Source of the DNA: Haplodiscus bocki
Taxonomy: Eukaryota
DNA length: 64,000 nucleotides
Direction of reading: 5' to 3'
Assembly: GCA_965655095.1 (NCBI GenBank)
Contig: OZ296657.1
Coordinates: 13,268,001-13,332,000 of the forward strand
The notes beneath the pieces were generated by a model. The model had not been told where the DNA came from. It did not search any database and worked only from the letters and a program-made list of their open reading frames with translations. Positions 49,488 to 61,939 of the stretch are shown piece after piece. How positions within the stretch are numbered: the stretch's first letter is position 1; every line of letters starts with the position of its first letter. The translations under genes and the position numbers were made by a program.

Positions 49488-51328
49488 TGTCGCGCGGGTG
49501 GTAGATTTCGGTTCGAAATTATGTTGACAAAGACTTGTCATTTTCTTGGTGTGCGGCCGTTACTGATTAAATAAATTTAAGTCTCAAAGTTGCCTTGCCG
49601 GCCCGCGTGAACAAAGTAAAGCGTGAATTCGCTAGCAAGGACTTAATGAATAGCTATTGGGTGGCTAGAGAATTTGTCAAAGAATTTGTTTTACTCAAGC
49701 AGTTCTGTTATATAAAGTAGGAAATTTATGGCTTGAATAAAATACTTGTAATGTCAAACTTGGCAGATATTTCACAAGGGGAACGGTACTGTTTTAAGCG
49801 CAGAAGATTTGATTCAAATTCCACTCTTTTCCAAAAATACTCATAGTAAGAACGTTAGCAACTTTACCATTCAACTCTGTTTGATCAATGTTTATCAACA
49901 CTCAGAATTTTATTACGGAATTATGAATCTAAATTTTTTAACTGAAAGTTGAAGAAAAAATTGTTGCACGCGTTTTTAATTGACGCGGAATTGAAACACA
50001 AAAATAACAGTAGCTCCAGTGATGAAAAGTAACATCTTTTCTAACCTTGTAGGAGATGAGTTGCCTTTGAGCACCATCTATTTGCGTCGAGTTTGTACTA
50101 GAACGGAGAAAAAAATCATCGGTATTTTCTAGCAGTTTTTTTTAAAAAAGAACCTCTAAATCAGTTTTAGCTAAGACTACGTAATTCGCGTAATGAATCA
50201 ACCTAGCGAGTTCTCCTAGGCCATTACATAGTTGTCAACCCGTAGAATAAAATCTAGGGATTTCGTTGAACGCTGGCTCAGTCTCGATCAGAAGGTTGAC
50301 TTAATAACTCAGACACTGTGACTCGGTTTATGGCGTAGCAACCGTGCAATTTCTCCTAGGTTCAGGCAATTACTATCGGATAACCAATGAACCTGATTCT
50401 GATTGAAATTGGGTTAGTAAGTAATTTCATCTAAGACTCAGCATCATTTCACTTCAATGGAGGCAGCCAATAAAAGCACAACCCAGAACGGAAGGACCAA
50501 GAACCGATTTCTCTTAGGTATCAGGAAGTTTTGAAGAGTTCTTGTTCAGAGCAGTTTCCGTGGCAACTCTTGTTCAGAGTATCTGCTGATGGACCCGATC
50601 TTAATTAACTAAGTTCATCTGGTGAGTTGTACTCTACCAGGGTAGTCTTTTTAGATACTAACAATCCGTTTTTTTCCCAATGGTGGAATTAGGTTTATAG
50701 TTGATAGGTTTTTGGCTATATTTGAATCCTTTCCCAACGATTGGAAACTTCGAGTGTCTTGGAAAAGTTGTCTCTTTTCCAAAGATATAAACGTTACCAA
50801 TGTCGGGAAGGCAAATTTCCGTGAAGGTTTCAAGTTTTGAGTTTCCAAATTTTTAGGAGAAGAGAATTGAGAATTTAGCAGTTTTTGCTTTCGGAGTTGG
50901 TAGTTGACGGTAGGCGATCAGGAGTTTTATAGTTTCTCCTGTTGGCGGCCGGCGCTCAGTCTTTCCGAACTCTCGTACCTTTCAAGGTTATGACCAAGTA
51001 CGGTAAGCCTTACGCCAAGGAGCACCAAACAAGGTGATCCTCCAAAAAGAGTCAAAAATTGAAGTGTTAGGACGCAAGTTGTGACTTTTGTGAAGCAATG
51101 AAATCAAACTCCGAGAACGGGCGGTAACAAAGAGAAAAGCGTCGTTTCCATCGTCTGAGGCGTGCCAACGAAATTTTGAAGTTTCAAAATGTGCAATTCC
51201 AACTTTGTTCTCGCTCTCCAACAACTATCCCTTCAGTCGGTAAGTTACTATTATTTTTTATTATTACTTTTATTATGTCATTTCTAAATTTAGAAATAGC
51301 ACTGTTTAGCGTTATAGCTAACGCGACA
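49488..51328 (-). repeat. 5' LTR (1841 bp)
   Basis: TGTCGCGCGG..CGCGACA (7-bp terminal inverted repeat); direct repeat of 28111-29947. Confidence 0.95.
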
Positions 51329-51332
51329 ATAC

Positions 51333-54300
51333 GAAAATTTAAAACCCCTTGTCTGGAAACATCTCAACGTCTATTCATACCTTTCTTTATTATACGCAAC
51401 TTTCTCCACCAGGAGAAACTTGCTTCAACAAACGTGGAAACCCTGGAACAATTCGTTGAAGATTAAAGTTCCGTAGGTATCAACAATCTAGAAAAAATGT
51501 TACTTCGAAAAATATATGTTGTCTTTAAATCAAAGTCAAACACCATTGGCCAAAAAAAACTTAAAGTAAAATGATCAAAACAAAAAATCCGGAACTTCTG
51601 ACAATCAACCAACATATTCCCGCTCCACAAATTTTAATGACCAAAATACACATAGGTTCGAAAAAATCTTCAATGAAAATTACAATGGTTTCAGTGGATT
51701 TTCATTTTCAAACAATAAAAACAAATCAACGGGAAATACTACCATTTTTTACTTCTCCCTATCAAAACCAAGATCAAATAGACATCGTAGTGGTCTCACT
51801 TACCTAGACTCTGCAAAATCTTGGAACCCGCGTGCAATAAAGGTTAGAGTTACTCCAAAATCGTCAAAAACTTCAATTAAAGTTATTTTTGATGTCGAAT
51901 AGACTCCATACTACTTTTAAAAAAGTAAAATAAAACAAGTTAACGACCTGTTTTTGTAGAATTTCAATTCAAAAACTGATACTTCCTTTAACCTTAATAT
52001 TCGAAATTATCATCAAGTTGAGCAGCTGTGCAAGTGTCCCTGTTTTGATACCATCCGCGAGCACAGTTAGTGCAAAACAATTCAATTTTACTTTTACACA
52101 CTTTCTCGATTGAAAGTCACAAAGTTACTGGTTGCACTCCGTACTGAAGTTTTAAAAGTTACTTTTTTTATCAAGTTGCTGCTCTACAGATATTCAGGTA
52201 TCTTCATGCTAGTTTTATCTTCCAGTTGAAGTAGCGGATACTGGTAACGAAATTTTCGCCACACTTTTAAAGAAACATACATTGGATATTCAAAAGCTAC
52301 AGCATCCGTTTCAAAACATTCGCTCAAATTTCATGAGAATCATTCAAATAAAATCAATCAAATACTGAAAAATTAATTCAATGTGTTTCTTGTTTCTATC
52401 AAATAAAGTCAAACTAAACTTTCAATTGCAGCAAAATGATTTAAAAAATAATGCTTCCTCTGTAAGTAATTCATCTCAATGTTCACTTCAACCATTTTTT
52501 AAACCATATTTTTCCCTTGATGCCCCAAAATTTCTCTAACACTAAAGTCAACACTTCTTTCAGTTTCATTAATAAGTTTTCGACTTGTTCCGTGATTTTT
52601 TAGTTCAAAAAATAAAGAATACTCATCGAAGGTTTCTCACTCTTTTTGTTACATACATTAGATTTCCAAACCCGTCAAATTGTTCCCCGGAAAACAAATA
52701 AATGATGTTAAATCTTTCATTCACAAAACAGTTCATTTCTCCCTCCCGAAATGTTTGAACTATTTTAACAAATAAAATTATTCGCTCGACGTCCAATTAG
52801 AATTACCCTCTCTTCAGATCAATGAAACACGATTACTTTGATCTAAATCGAATTCATTTTTTGAAAATCTACCCTGTAACAAATTCAAACTTTTCCAAAG
52901 TTTTTCAACATCCCATTTGAACAGAAAATTTCAGATTTTCCAACATATCAATTCTAACTTTCCCATCTACTGATTGGAGACGAATTAAAATTGTGAAAAT
53001 ACCTTTTACTCTACATAAAGTTTATGCCAGTTATCGGATTCATGATTTTGAAGAACCGTAACCGTTCAGATATAGAATTGGAAAATGCTATTCTCTTTTG
53101 TCCCAAGGCCCAAACAAAGTTATTTTATATTATAGTGAAAAAGTAAACTCTCTCCTCGAAGAGTTTGAAAAACACAGAAATGTTCTTAACATTGTCTCGT
53201 CCGACAATGATTTCTATGCTTGTGGATCGACATTTTCGAAACCCTTAGTTGGTTTCCTTGCGTACGACATTGCTAATATTTCTTTGGACGTCCTTCATCC
53301 TAACACCACTATTACACAGTCTATTGTATTCATGCCCATCAAACCTCCAGTTTCACTGTTGGAGCATGTGAATGAAATGTACAAATCGGCAAATGCTTTC
53401 TTGTTTGCTTCCGCACAATTTCCTTTAGATGAAAAAACATTGCTCTAAATGAACTTTGATCCGGTGGAAAAATTTATGACCATTTAAAGGACATAGGGTT
53501 TAATTTTGGAAACTCGCCCTTTTTCTTCCCACAGCTGAATCAGGCAGATTTTTCATTAGTGTTTGCTGATTTAGGTCAGTCAATAAGTCACACGTTTTTT
53601 TTATTACATTAAGAAAACAAGAGGTAAGAAAAAAATGCAACCTCTCCTCTGTCAAAAAAAGCTCTAAACGTAAAAACCCGATGCATTCCAAAGCTTTTTT
53701 TTGTTCAAAACTTCGAAGTGGTCAACCTAAAAGGAAAATGATTCAAGAAACTTCCAGGCAGCACAAGTTTTTTTCTCAGTTTGTTAAAAATCTTATTTGA
53801 CTGAAGAACTTTTATGATTTCCTTAAAGATGTTGTCACCTCCGGAAATTTGAGTGGTAGAATTTTTTCATCCAAAGTCATATGTCTCTCTCGGCAGATGT
53901 TGAAATAACAGAATCAAATACTTCATCTACTTAATATTCAGCACTGATGCTCTCCCAAATGGTGTTGGATGCACTTCCTCCGAGCAGACCCAGATGACTA
54001 GGTTATTACCACTAAACTTAAAAAGGAAACCAAATCTTTCATTCCTCGAGGCTTAAACACTCATGAACGAAGAAAAACAAAACCACAACGATCCATCTCG
54101 ATTTAACTGAAATTTTTTTCTCTTCAAGTTTTTGAAATTCTTACTATCAATTCCGAAAATCTTATCACTTTCCCTACTTATCACCGACCGCTAATATCTC
54201 TTTTTACTCGAGAAGGCAACCTCATTCTCGGATTTAAAGATAAAAAATGCACAAAAAATGCTAAATTTAAAAAATTGAAAAGTATATGCACAGCTTGAGG

Positions 54301-55130
54301 ATTTCTCGCCAATATCGATGTGCTGAGTTGAAACATTGCACAAAAGAGAAAATATCTCTCATCAATTTGATAAAACAAATCAAAAGGAACCGTGCATTAC
54401 ACAAAAAGACGCAGAGGTGAAACCGTTTCTAATTTCAGTCGCCTTTCGACCGGAATAGTTTCTTAAAAGTATAATCTTGCTAGATTACCCCGAGAAATTT
54501 AAACAAGTTTGATGCTACAATTCTATTTAAATCCAAAAATATATAATAAATTTTTTGTTTTAAACCTCTCAGAAAAAAAAACAGAATCAACTTACTTCAT
54601 CAAACTCATTCAACAAACGAAAGTGATGTTTTGTAATGATGATTTGGAAACGATTTTGTAAAAATTCTTTGGAAAGTTTTAAAGCACTATCACAAACAAT
54701 TCATTCAGTACTGACCCCGAAACTCACTCAAAAACAACTTGCTTATTCAATTGCCAACTACTCGATGATCCATCAACCCATAAATAAATAACAAAGCCAC
54801 CATAACAGACTTCGCCTCATAAAAGATAAACGAATTCCTTTTCAAGATCTATGTTTATCCAAAAATAGCGAGTACTCTTTTCTTTTCTTTCTTCCATTCG
54901 CGAAACAATCAAACTTCTACGGTATCACAACTCCATTCCCAAAAAAGATACTTGATTACCAACAACTTTTTCCTGATAACGACCTAATGCCTAGCCCAAT
55001 CTACCAATCCCTTACCAAACCCGGAAATGTTCTTTTCTGGATGATTTGAGCACTTAACCCAACATGCCATGAATGACTTGAGCAAACTCTCATGTTACTA
55101 TGAACAACTTGGTATATCATCCTTCCCCAG
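51333..55130 (+). pseudogene. Older, heavily decayed Gypsy pol; its 5' part probably lies at ~25700-28110
   Basis: TYFIKLIQQTKVMFCNDD (~54590-54642) at the RT YxDD position; KKRKYLSS..QK-like segment upstream; gag-like YQFRVQTE at ~27620 on the other side of the TSD. Confidence 0.45.
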
Positions 55131-55136
55131 TCCCAG

Positions 55137-55336
55137 NNNNNNNNNNNNNNNNNNNNNNNNNNNNNNNNNNNNNNNNNNNNNNNNNNNNNNNNNNNNNNNN
55201 NNNNNNNNNNNNNNNNNNNNNNNNNNNNNNNNNNNNNNNNNNNNNNNNNNNNNNNNNNNNNNNNNNNNNNNNNNNNNNNNNNNNNNNNNNNNNNNNNNNN
55301 NNNNNNNNNNNNNNNNNNNNNNNNNNNNNNNNNNNN
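55137..55336. other. Assembly gap (200 N)
   Basis: N run. Confidence 1.
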
Positions 55337-58089
55337 GGAAGTTCTTTCTGCACTTAAAGGGACCGTACCCTGGCGCGCAGTTTATTTGATTGGTTAGTGG
55401 ACCCGGCACTTAGAGCGTTCTATTCGAGAATAGATCCGTTTCAATGTGCTTATATAGAATATAGGTTAATATACATAGAACTCTCTCAATGAGAAATTAA
55501 GTCCTTTCTAATAAACACATCATATCTCTTTTGCACTTCATTCAATATAATAAGCTGCATAACGGTTTAACTCATACGCGAGGTACTTTCATCCATTCGG
55601 AGGAGGTTTAGTTTTCGCATGGGAGAGTTACAATTCTTTTTGCTTATGGTGTGGTGAAGTTAACATTTGAAAAACCTGAACTTCATCACCAAGTTAATGA
55701 GCATACACTTTCAAAAGTAGTACATAAAATATTCTCAAAACTATTGAAAGTTCGCAAAAACTTTACTCTTCGTTTTTCTTAGACTGTCTACAACGATGAT
55801 AAAGCACACATTCGTATGTAGGAGAAACAATAATTGTGAGAGTTGATCAGCTTAACCAGGAATCCCAGCAACAATTCATTCGACGCTAATGTTATGAAAG
55901 TTTTACTCGAGTCATTGCAACAGAAGACCTCTGGAAGAAATTGCTTTGAAAGAATTTCGGCTGGACGATGTTTTTCACCAAACTTATGATTCAATAAAGG
56001 CCTCGGTGTGTAATAAACTTTATAGTGAAGATGTTTTAACATAAGTTAAAGCATTCAGGAGTGGGAATAAAAGCTGGCTTACTGTTTCGTTATCCGAATC
56101 TGGGAAATTGGAGGGCAGTCGTGCGAGAGGCAGTGTGGTTGTAGTTGGATTGGTGGTTGCTCAAGTGGGATGTGAGATGTTCGAAAGCATTTACTTTTGG
56201 TAGACCAACAAAATCATTGGGAAGCAATGTGCCAAAAACATCATTGATTCATTAGCATCGATCGCAGGCACGTCATAAGAATATCTCATACTTGATTCAT
56301 GAAAGTCAGTGAGATGGCTTGGATAACAGCTGTCAGGATTCATCTGAGTTCTTGCGATGGAATTTGGCTTTTCAAATGTACACGTTTAATGCAAGTGCAC
56401 ATTTGAAAAGAAAAACAGCATCGTAAACGAAATCAGATTACTTAGATATGTTCAAGTTATGTGTGCCAAATTGGGCTTCCTGACTCATCTGTTCAAGCCC
56501 ATGCTATTGGATGGCAAGTGAGGTATTGGGTGGCAATTCGAAGTATAAGTGTACTGGGTAATTTGGCAATAATTCCAGATATTGGCCCCCTGCATCAAAG
56601 TGTATCGTGTTCACCCGACAAGCTACCTAATATTTTGATTTAAGCTAACGAAAACTTTAGTAAATTTCTTCAAAATTTTGTTAACTTTTGTAACTTAAAA
56701 TAACTCATCTGACACATTCCTGAAATACAGTACCAACTCGAAAGAAGGGAAAGACGCGATGAACACATGGCATTGAAAAAAAAACTTGAATCTGTCAATA
56801 CAATTTTGGTTTTGACAAATGTTCTAGGAATGAAGGTGTAAAGATTTTTCGTTTGAGGATTATCGGAATTTACTCATTTTAGAAAAATTAATGAATTTGT
56901 CATTATTTATTCAGCCCCTCCAGTTTCACCTTTTTCACTCAAATTTGCTACTTGATAGAGAATAGTTGTTTTTACTAAGCATAACGAAAATCAGTTATCA
57001 AAAATTTAATGATCCAAACCTCTACAAGTTTCTTAAACTTAGAGACTTTTTCTACGGAAATGCTTCATTGAGATAAGAACCAGATGATAGTTAGTCAGAT
57101 AACTATAACCAATTTTTATCAAAAAGTTATCACATATTTTCATATATTACCACGTCTCTGCCCGTACTTTTATCAGAAAAGCATTTCCGCTAGAAGTGTT
57201 GACAAAAACTGGCAATGAGTTTAATCGTAAAATTTTTTTGATAGTGATTCTCTGTTATGGTTAGAATTAGAAACCGGCATAATTTCTATCAAAGCGCAAA
57301 TCTGAGTGAAAATGGTAGACATGAAGAAAATGAATGAATATTTAATCAAGGACGTCAAAGGCCTATAAATATGGCTTTTTGTTATGAAATCAAAGTCTCA
57401 ATACTTGGTAGCCTACTTTATTGACTTCTAAAACTTTTTTGTGAAATTTTTGAAACGTTTTGTGAAATCCGCATGTTCTTTCACACAAGCCAACTTTCAC
57501 CAACAAACCTGAGATATAAACAATATTTCGTGGAGTCGAATTGCAGAGACTTTCCATCTTTATCACATCATCTCGTAGTTTCCAACAGACACAGTTGTTG
57601 AAATTTTTATAGTAAAATTAGCTGCGACAACCGAGTGAAACAACCTAAGTCTTTCCGGTAGAATTACCTAAACTACAGGAAACCTTGATCTTGTAACCGA
57701 AACTATTCAGAGGCTGTTCTGACGATAAAGCGAGCAACAAACAATCTGGTACCAGACCACAGAAAAACCGCGATTCCCGGATCTTGGGTCATCTGTAATT
57801 CTGAGGTCTAATAATCTTTGCTGGGTTCCTGGAAGAAAAAGAAAATGTCTTCATGGTTTGTTGACATTGCGTAACAGTTAGGCCTAGCCCACGGCTCCTA
57901 AAAACACCAAATGGTACTACGTAAAATTAGTGTAGGCACAATCCTGTAGGTGAGTGGAAAAATTACCACTCGGAAGTGGAAAAACTAATGTCCTACGACA
58001 AAACAACCAGCAAGTCCATAGTTCATAACAGGCTGGACAAAAGTAGGGTGACTTTTCAGTTTTGTGGTGTAAAAACACCGAACTTTTCG

Positions 58090-58805
58090 NNNNNNNNNNN
58101 NNNNNNNNNNNNNNNNNNNNNNNNNNNNNNNNNNNNNNNNNNNNNNNNNNNNNNNNNNNNNNNNNNNNNNNNNNNNNNNNNNNNNNNNNNNNNNNNNNNN
58201 NNNNNNNNNNNNNNNNNNNNNNNNNNNNNNNNNNNNNNNNNNNNNNNNNNNNNNNNNNNNNNNNNNNNNNNNNNNNNNNNNNNNNNNNNNNNNNNNNNNN
58301 NNNNNNNNNNNNNNNNNNNNNNNNNNNNNNNNNNNNNNNNNNNNNNNNNNNNNNNNNNNNNNNNNNNNNNNNNNNNNNNNNNNNNNNNNNNNNNNNNNNN
58401 NNNNNNNNNNNNNNNNNNNNNNNNNNNNNNNNNNNNNNNNNNNNNNNNNNNNNNNNNNNNNNNNNNNNNNNNNNNNNNNNNNNNNNNNNNNNNNNNNNNN
58501 NNNNNNNNNNNNNNNNNNNNNNNNNNNNNNNNNNNNNNNNNNNNNNNNNNNNNNNNNNNNNNNNNNNNNNNNNNNNNNNNNNNNNNNNNNNNNNNNNNNN
58601 NNNNNNNNNNNNNNNNNNNNNNNNNNNNNNNNNNNNNNNNNNNNNNNNNNNNNNNNNNNNNNNNNNNNNNNNNNNNNNNNNNNNNNNNNNNNNNNNNNNN
58701 NNNNNNNNNNNNNNNNNNNNNNNNNNNNNNNNNNNNNNNNNNNNNNNNNNNNNNNNNNNNNNNNNNNNNNNNNNNNNNNNNNNNNNNNNNNNNNNNNNNN
58801 NNNNN
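58090..58805. other. Assembly gap (716 N)
   Basis: N run. Confidence 1.
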
Positions 58806-61800
58806 TCTATCTAGGCATCTCCGCAACCGTGACGTACTGGGCAAAAAAGGAAAGACCATCTAGTCTTCTTTTCTGCGCTTATATTGAAAAGCTGATGGTG
58901 TTCATTTTACTGCCTAGCTCGTTCAAAACAATCCTAAATTGCCTCTTTGAATTTTTCATGAACGGTGTTAGCCTTCAAAAATCTGATGTCGAATGGAAAA
59001 ATTGACGCCCAGAGGATTCCACTACATCAATTCTGGTCTAGTTGTGAGAGTCCTCTTCCACGGGAGGTAGTTAATGTAGGACATGAGCTCTCGTGATGTC
59101 GCAGCAAGACTAGATCCGGAACATTACGCTTGTCTTGATGCCACCTCTAGCACCCAGAGTGTAGGTCGTGGCATCTAACCCCCGGTGATGGGATAATATG
59201 AAAAAAATAAAAGATCTTAAGGATCTGGTGAGATTAACAGAATAGTGTGCTCGTGTTGGCGTGGCAGTCACGAATTGATTCCTGGGTAATTTGGTGATAG
59301 CAGAACTACGAATAAGATTAATTTTACTGCGTCGTATCACTTCTACTGAGTCAACCATTTTCAATTCGCAGTTCACCTTCTCATTGAATGTACAGTTTCA
59401 AAACAAAACGTTCTGTTTTTTTCTCTTTTACTTTTGTCTGTTTTCTGTTTTTTTTATTTCCTGTTTCATCCATTGAAAATTTTTTTCTGCCCACTTTTTC
59501 GTGTTTTTACTTTCGCAGCGTTTTTGTTTTTCTTCATACTTTTTCACAGCCATGTCCTAAATGAAAAATAAATAACAAACTTGGACTCTGAAAAGATAGA
59601 ACTTCTTTTACCTTATCAAAAACGAAAGAGACCTAAAACTTATCTCTGCTCTACGTAAATCAAAATTTTTTCGAATGTCTGGGGTTCGGATTGAAAATTC
59701 TTTTGCAGACGGTTCGTTCAAATTTAACCTAGCTTGATACTACTTGCTGAACACATGCATGTAAATCACCAATTAACATCGGAAACATTGAGTACGAACA
59801 TATTTGAACAGAGGCCAACCAAAAATTGAAATCAAAAACTGACTAATCTATGGGCAGGTGCAGGTTAGGTGAGCACCAAAATTGAATTAGAAAGACGGAA
59901 CACCGCTGGTTTGTTGTTACGTTAGCCTGTTTGCAGCGCTAAAGTAGCAAGCACAGCAAGCGACGGTTAGACAAAAGTGTTCTTCCCACACTAAGTTCAG
60001 ATTCCTCAGATTTCGTGGAATATTTCGGCTAAGCTATATTCAAGTCCTGTCAAAATCGAAAGTTGCTTGATGTTTTGGCAACAACTTTCTTGTTTTCTCG
60101 TCACCATTCAGTTGACAAAGAAAAAACAGTATACAAACAAGCAAAAAAAAATAAAACTTCAAGTTGGACACTGTTCTTCAACTTTCTTGACACAAGTCGT
60201 AACTACAGACGAAAAGAACGAAAGCCCTTTGGAACAACCAAACATTCGTACAACCGCCGTAACACTAGAGCTAAAATTGGAATGAAGTCCGGTCCTCATT
60301 CAGATTTTGTTCTTTAGCGAGTGAAAGTGTCACCCACACTTTGAGAGTTGTTTAATTCTAAACTACATAATCATGTCAACTTTATTTACTTTTTTCTCGT
60401 TTTGCCATTATCGTGCCTTCCTATGTTTCCCTTCTATTGCTTTTCATTGAAGCGTTTTGCAAAGCGTCCATTTTATCGCTCAATACTGGCAATGGCGCAG
60501 AAATTGAAAACCGAGCTTTTAGGGCGAGAAACCAACGCTTTCTGTAGAAGAAGGCTTACGACAAGAATACGCCTAAAAAACCTGTGTTATCTTTAATTTT
60601 GTCCTTTGGGAGAGTTTCTTGTTTTCAATTTTCACCAACACTTCTTGTTTATTGGTGGTGTCTTTCAAGAGAAGTTTCTTTTCCTCGGGTTTACTCTGCA
60701 CGTGTGTTTCAGTTTTATGTTTTTTTGTTACCCATTCCACGTATTGGTAATGGGTCTATGTAGAGTGAGGATGGTTATCCCCGAGCTTCTCCCTTATTTG
60801 GCAAAGGCTGTCGTGCTTCCAGTTGACAATAGCTGTCATCAGATGTGTTTCGATCATTAGAGATCTCCACGAGCGCAGTCATGAGCTCTCTTGAGCTGAT
60901 GAGTGGCTCCCCAATCTCTGTGAGTGGTGTTTACGGCTTCTCTGGTGTTTGAATTTTGATATGGTCAGCATGCATTGTTAAAAAAGCTTCAAGAATTGAG
61001 TTGTTTTCTTCACTTTCACTGTTCTCACATTGGCTCCTGCAGCCTTGAATCTGTTCATTCCTGGTTTAGGTCGAGCTAAAATATCGTTATATTGAGTCCC
61101 GTCTTTTTCTCCCTACGAACTGGAGATGATGTCGAGGGTTTTTTTTCATTACGTCCTAGGTTGAAAAAATTTACTTTGCCTTTCATTTGGCAACTATTGC
61201 CCACTATATTCTGTGCCAGTGTCTCTGCATAAACTAGAAACTACGCGTTGTTTTCTTCTTTGGTCTTCTATTTGGACCTTGAATATGGCTAAGAAAGATA
61301 TAACAGGCTGACGGATTTAATAAGGCTTGGCCGCTGAAGTTTCCGGTAGGGTGTCTACTTTCCAATCGAGTCCGCAAGTTTTGGAAAAGTCCCCTAAGTT
61401 ATTGCAGACTTTGCTGAAACTCTAACCAATATTTTGCTATAAACGAATTGACTTTGGGCTGGCAAGGAAATGGCGGGGTCACGGCCATTGATAGTAAATC
61501 TAGAGGAACGTTTAGAGCACTATGTATATTTTTGGGTCCGGTAAACTATGATAGTGGGGTTACCATCGAAAGGGGGCTCTTTTTGAAGACATTTGGCAAT
61601 TCTTTGGTGAGAAACCGTCTTAGTTGGCTAGAAGAAGACCAGAGGTTCTATTTTCCTCAGCCAATTTCAGATTCAAGCCATGTGGATACCTGGTGCACTT
61701 CAAAGATGCTTCACGAAAATGTCCCATTTATGTGGCACTCTCAACTGCTGAAATTTCGCTCCAGAAAGGTTCTTTCGGTTTTTAATTGACTAATTTCAGA

Positions 61801-61939
61801 CTTTTGAGTCAAAATGGTACTGGTGCTTCTGAATCTCCGCTCAGATCTGAAGTTCTGGGCGGAAACGCTATATCTGCTTATATTAGCCTCACAGTCTCCT
61901 AATTTTTGAATATTTCGGTTTTTTCTATGATTGGTCCTA

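Larger units (their letters stand above)
28111..51328 (-). mobile_element. Env-bearing Gypsy/Metaviridae LTR retrotransposon, 23.2 kb (~18 kb without nested insert), full length but pseudogenised
   Basis: Two ~1.84 kb LTRs with TGTCG..CA ends; TSD ATAC (28107-28110, 51329-51332); PBS; gag CCHC; PR-RT-RH-IN order; GPF motif; env. Confidence 0.95.

Noticed and set aside
57976-58863. Long ORFs here and at 9779-10113 and 55069-55409
   Set aside because: Artefacts of N runs.
58806-59330. SWIM Zn-finger / MULE remnant (IVCSCWRGSHELIP)
   Set aside because: The final CxH is missing and no other motif supports it.
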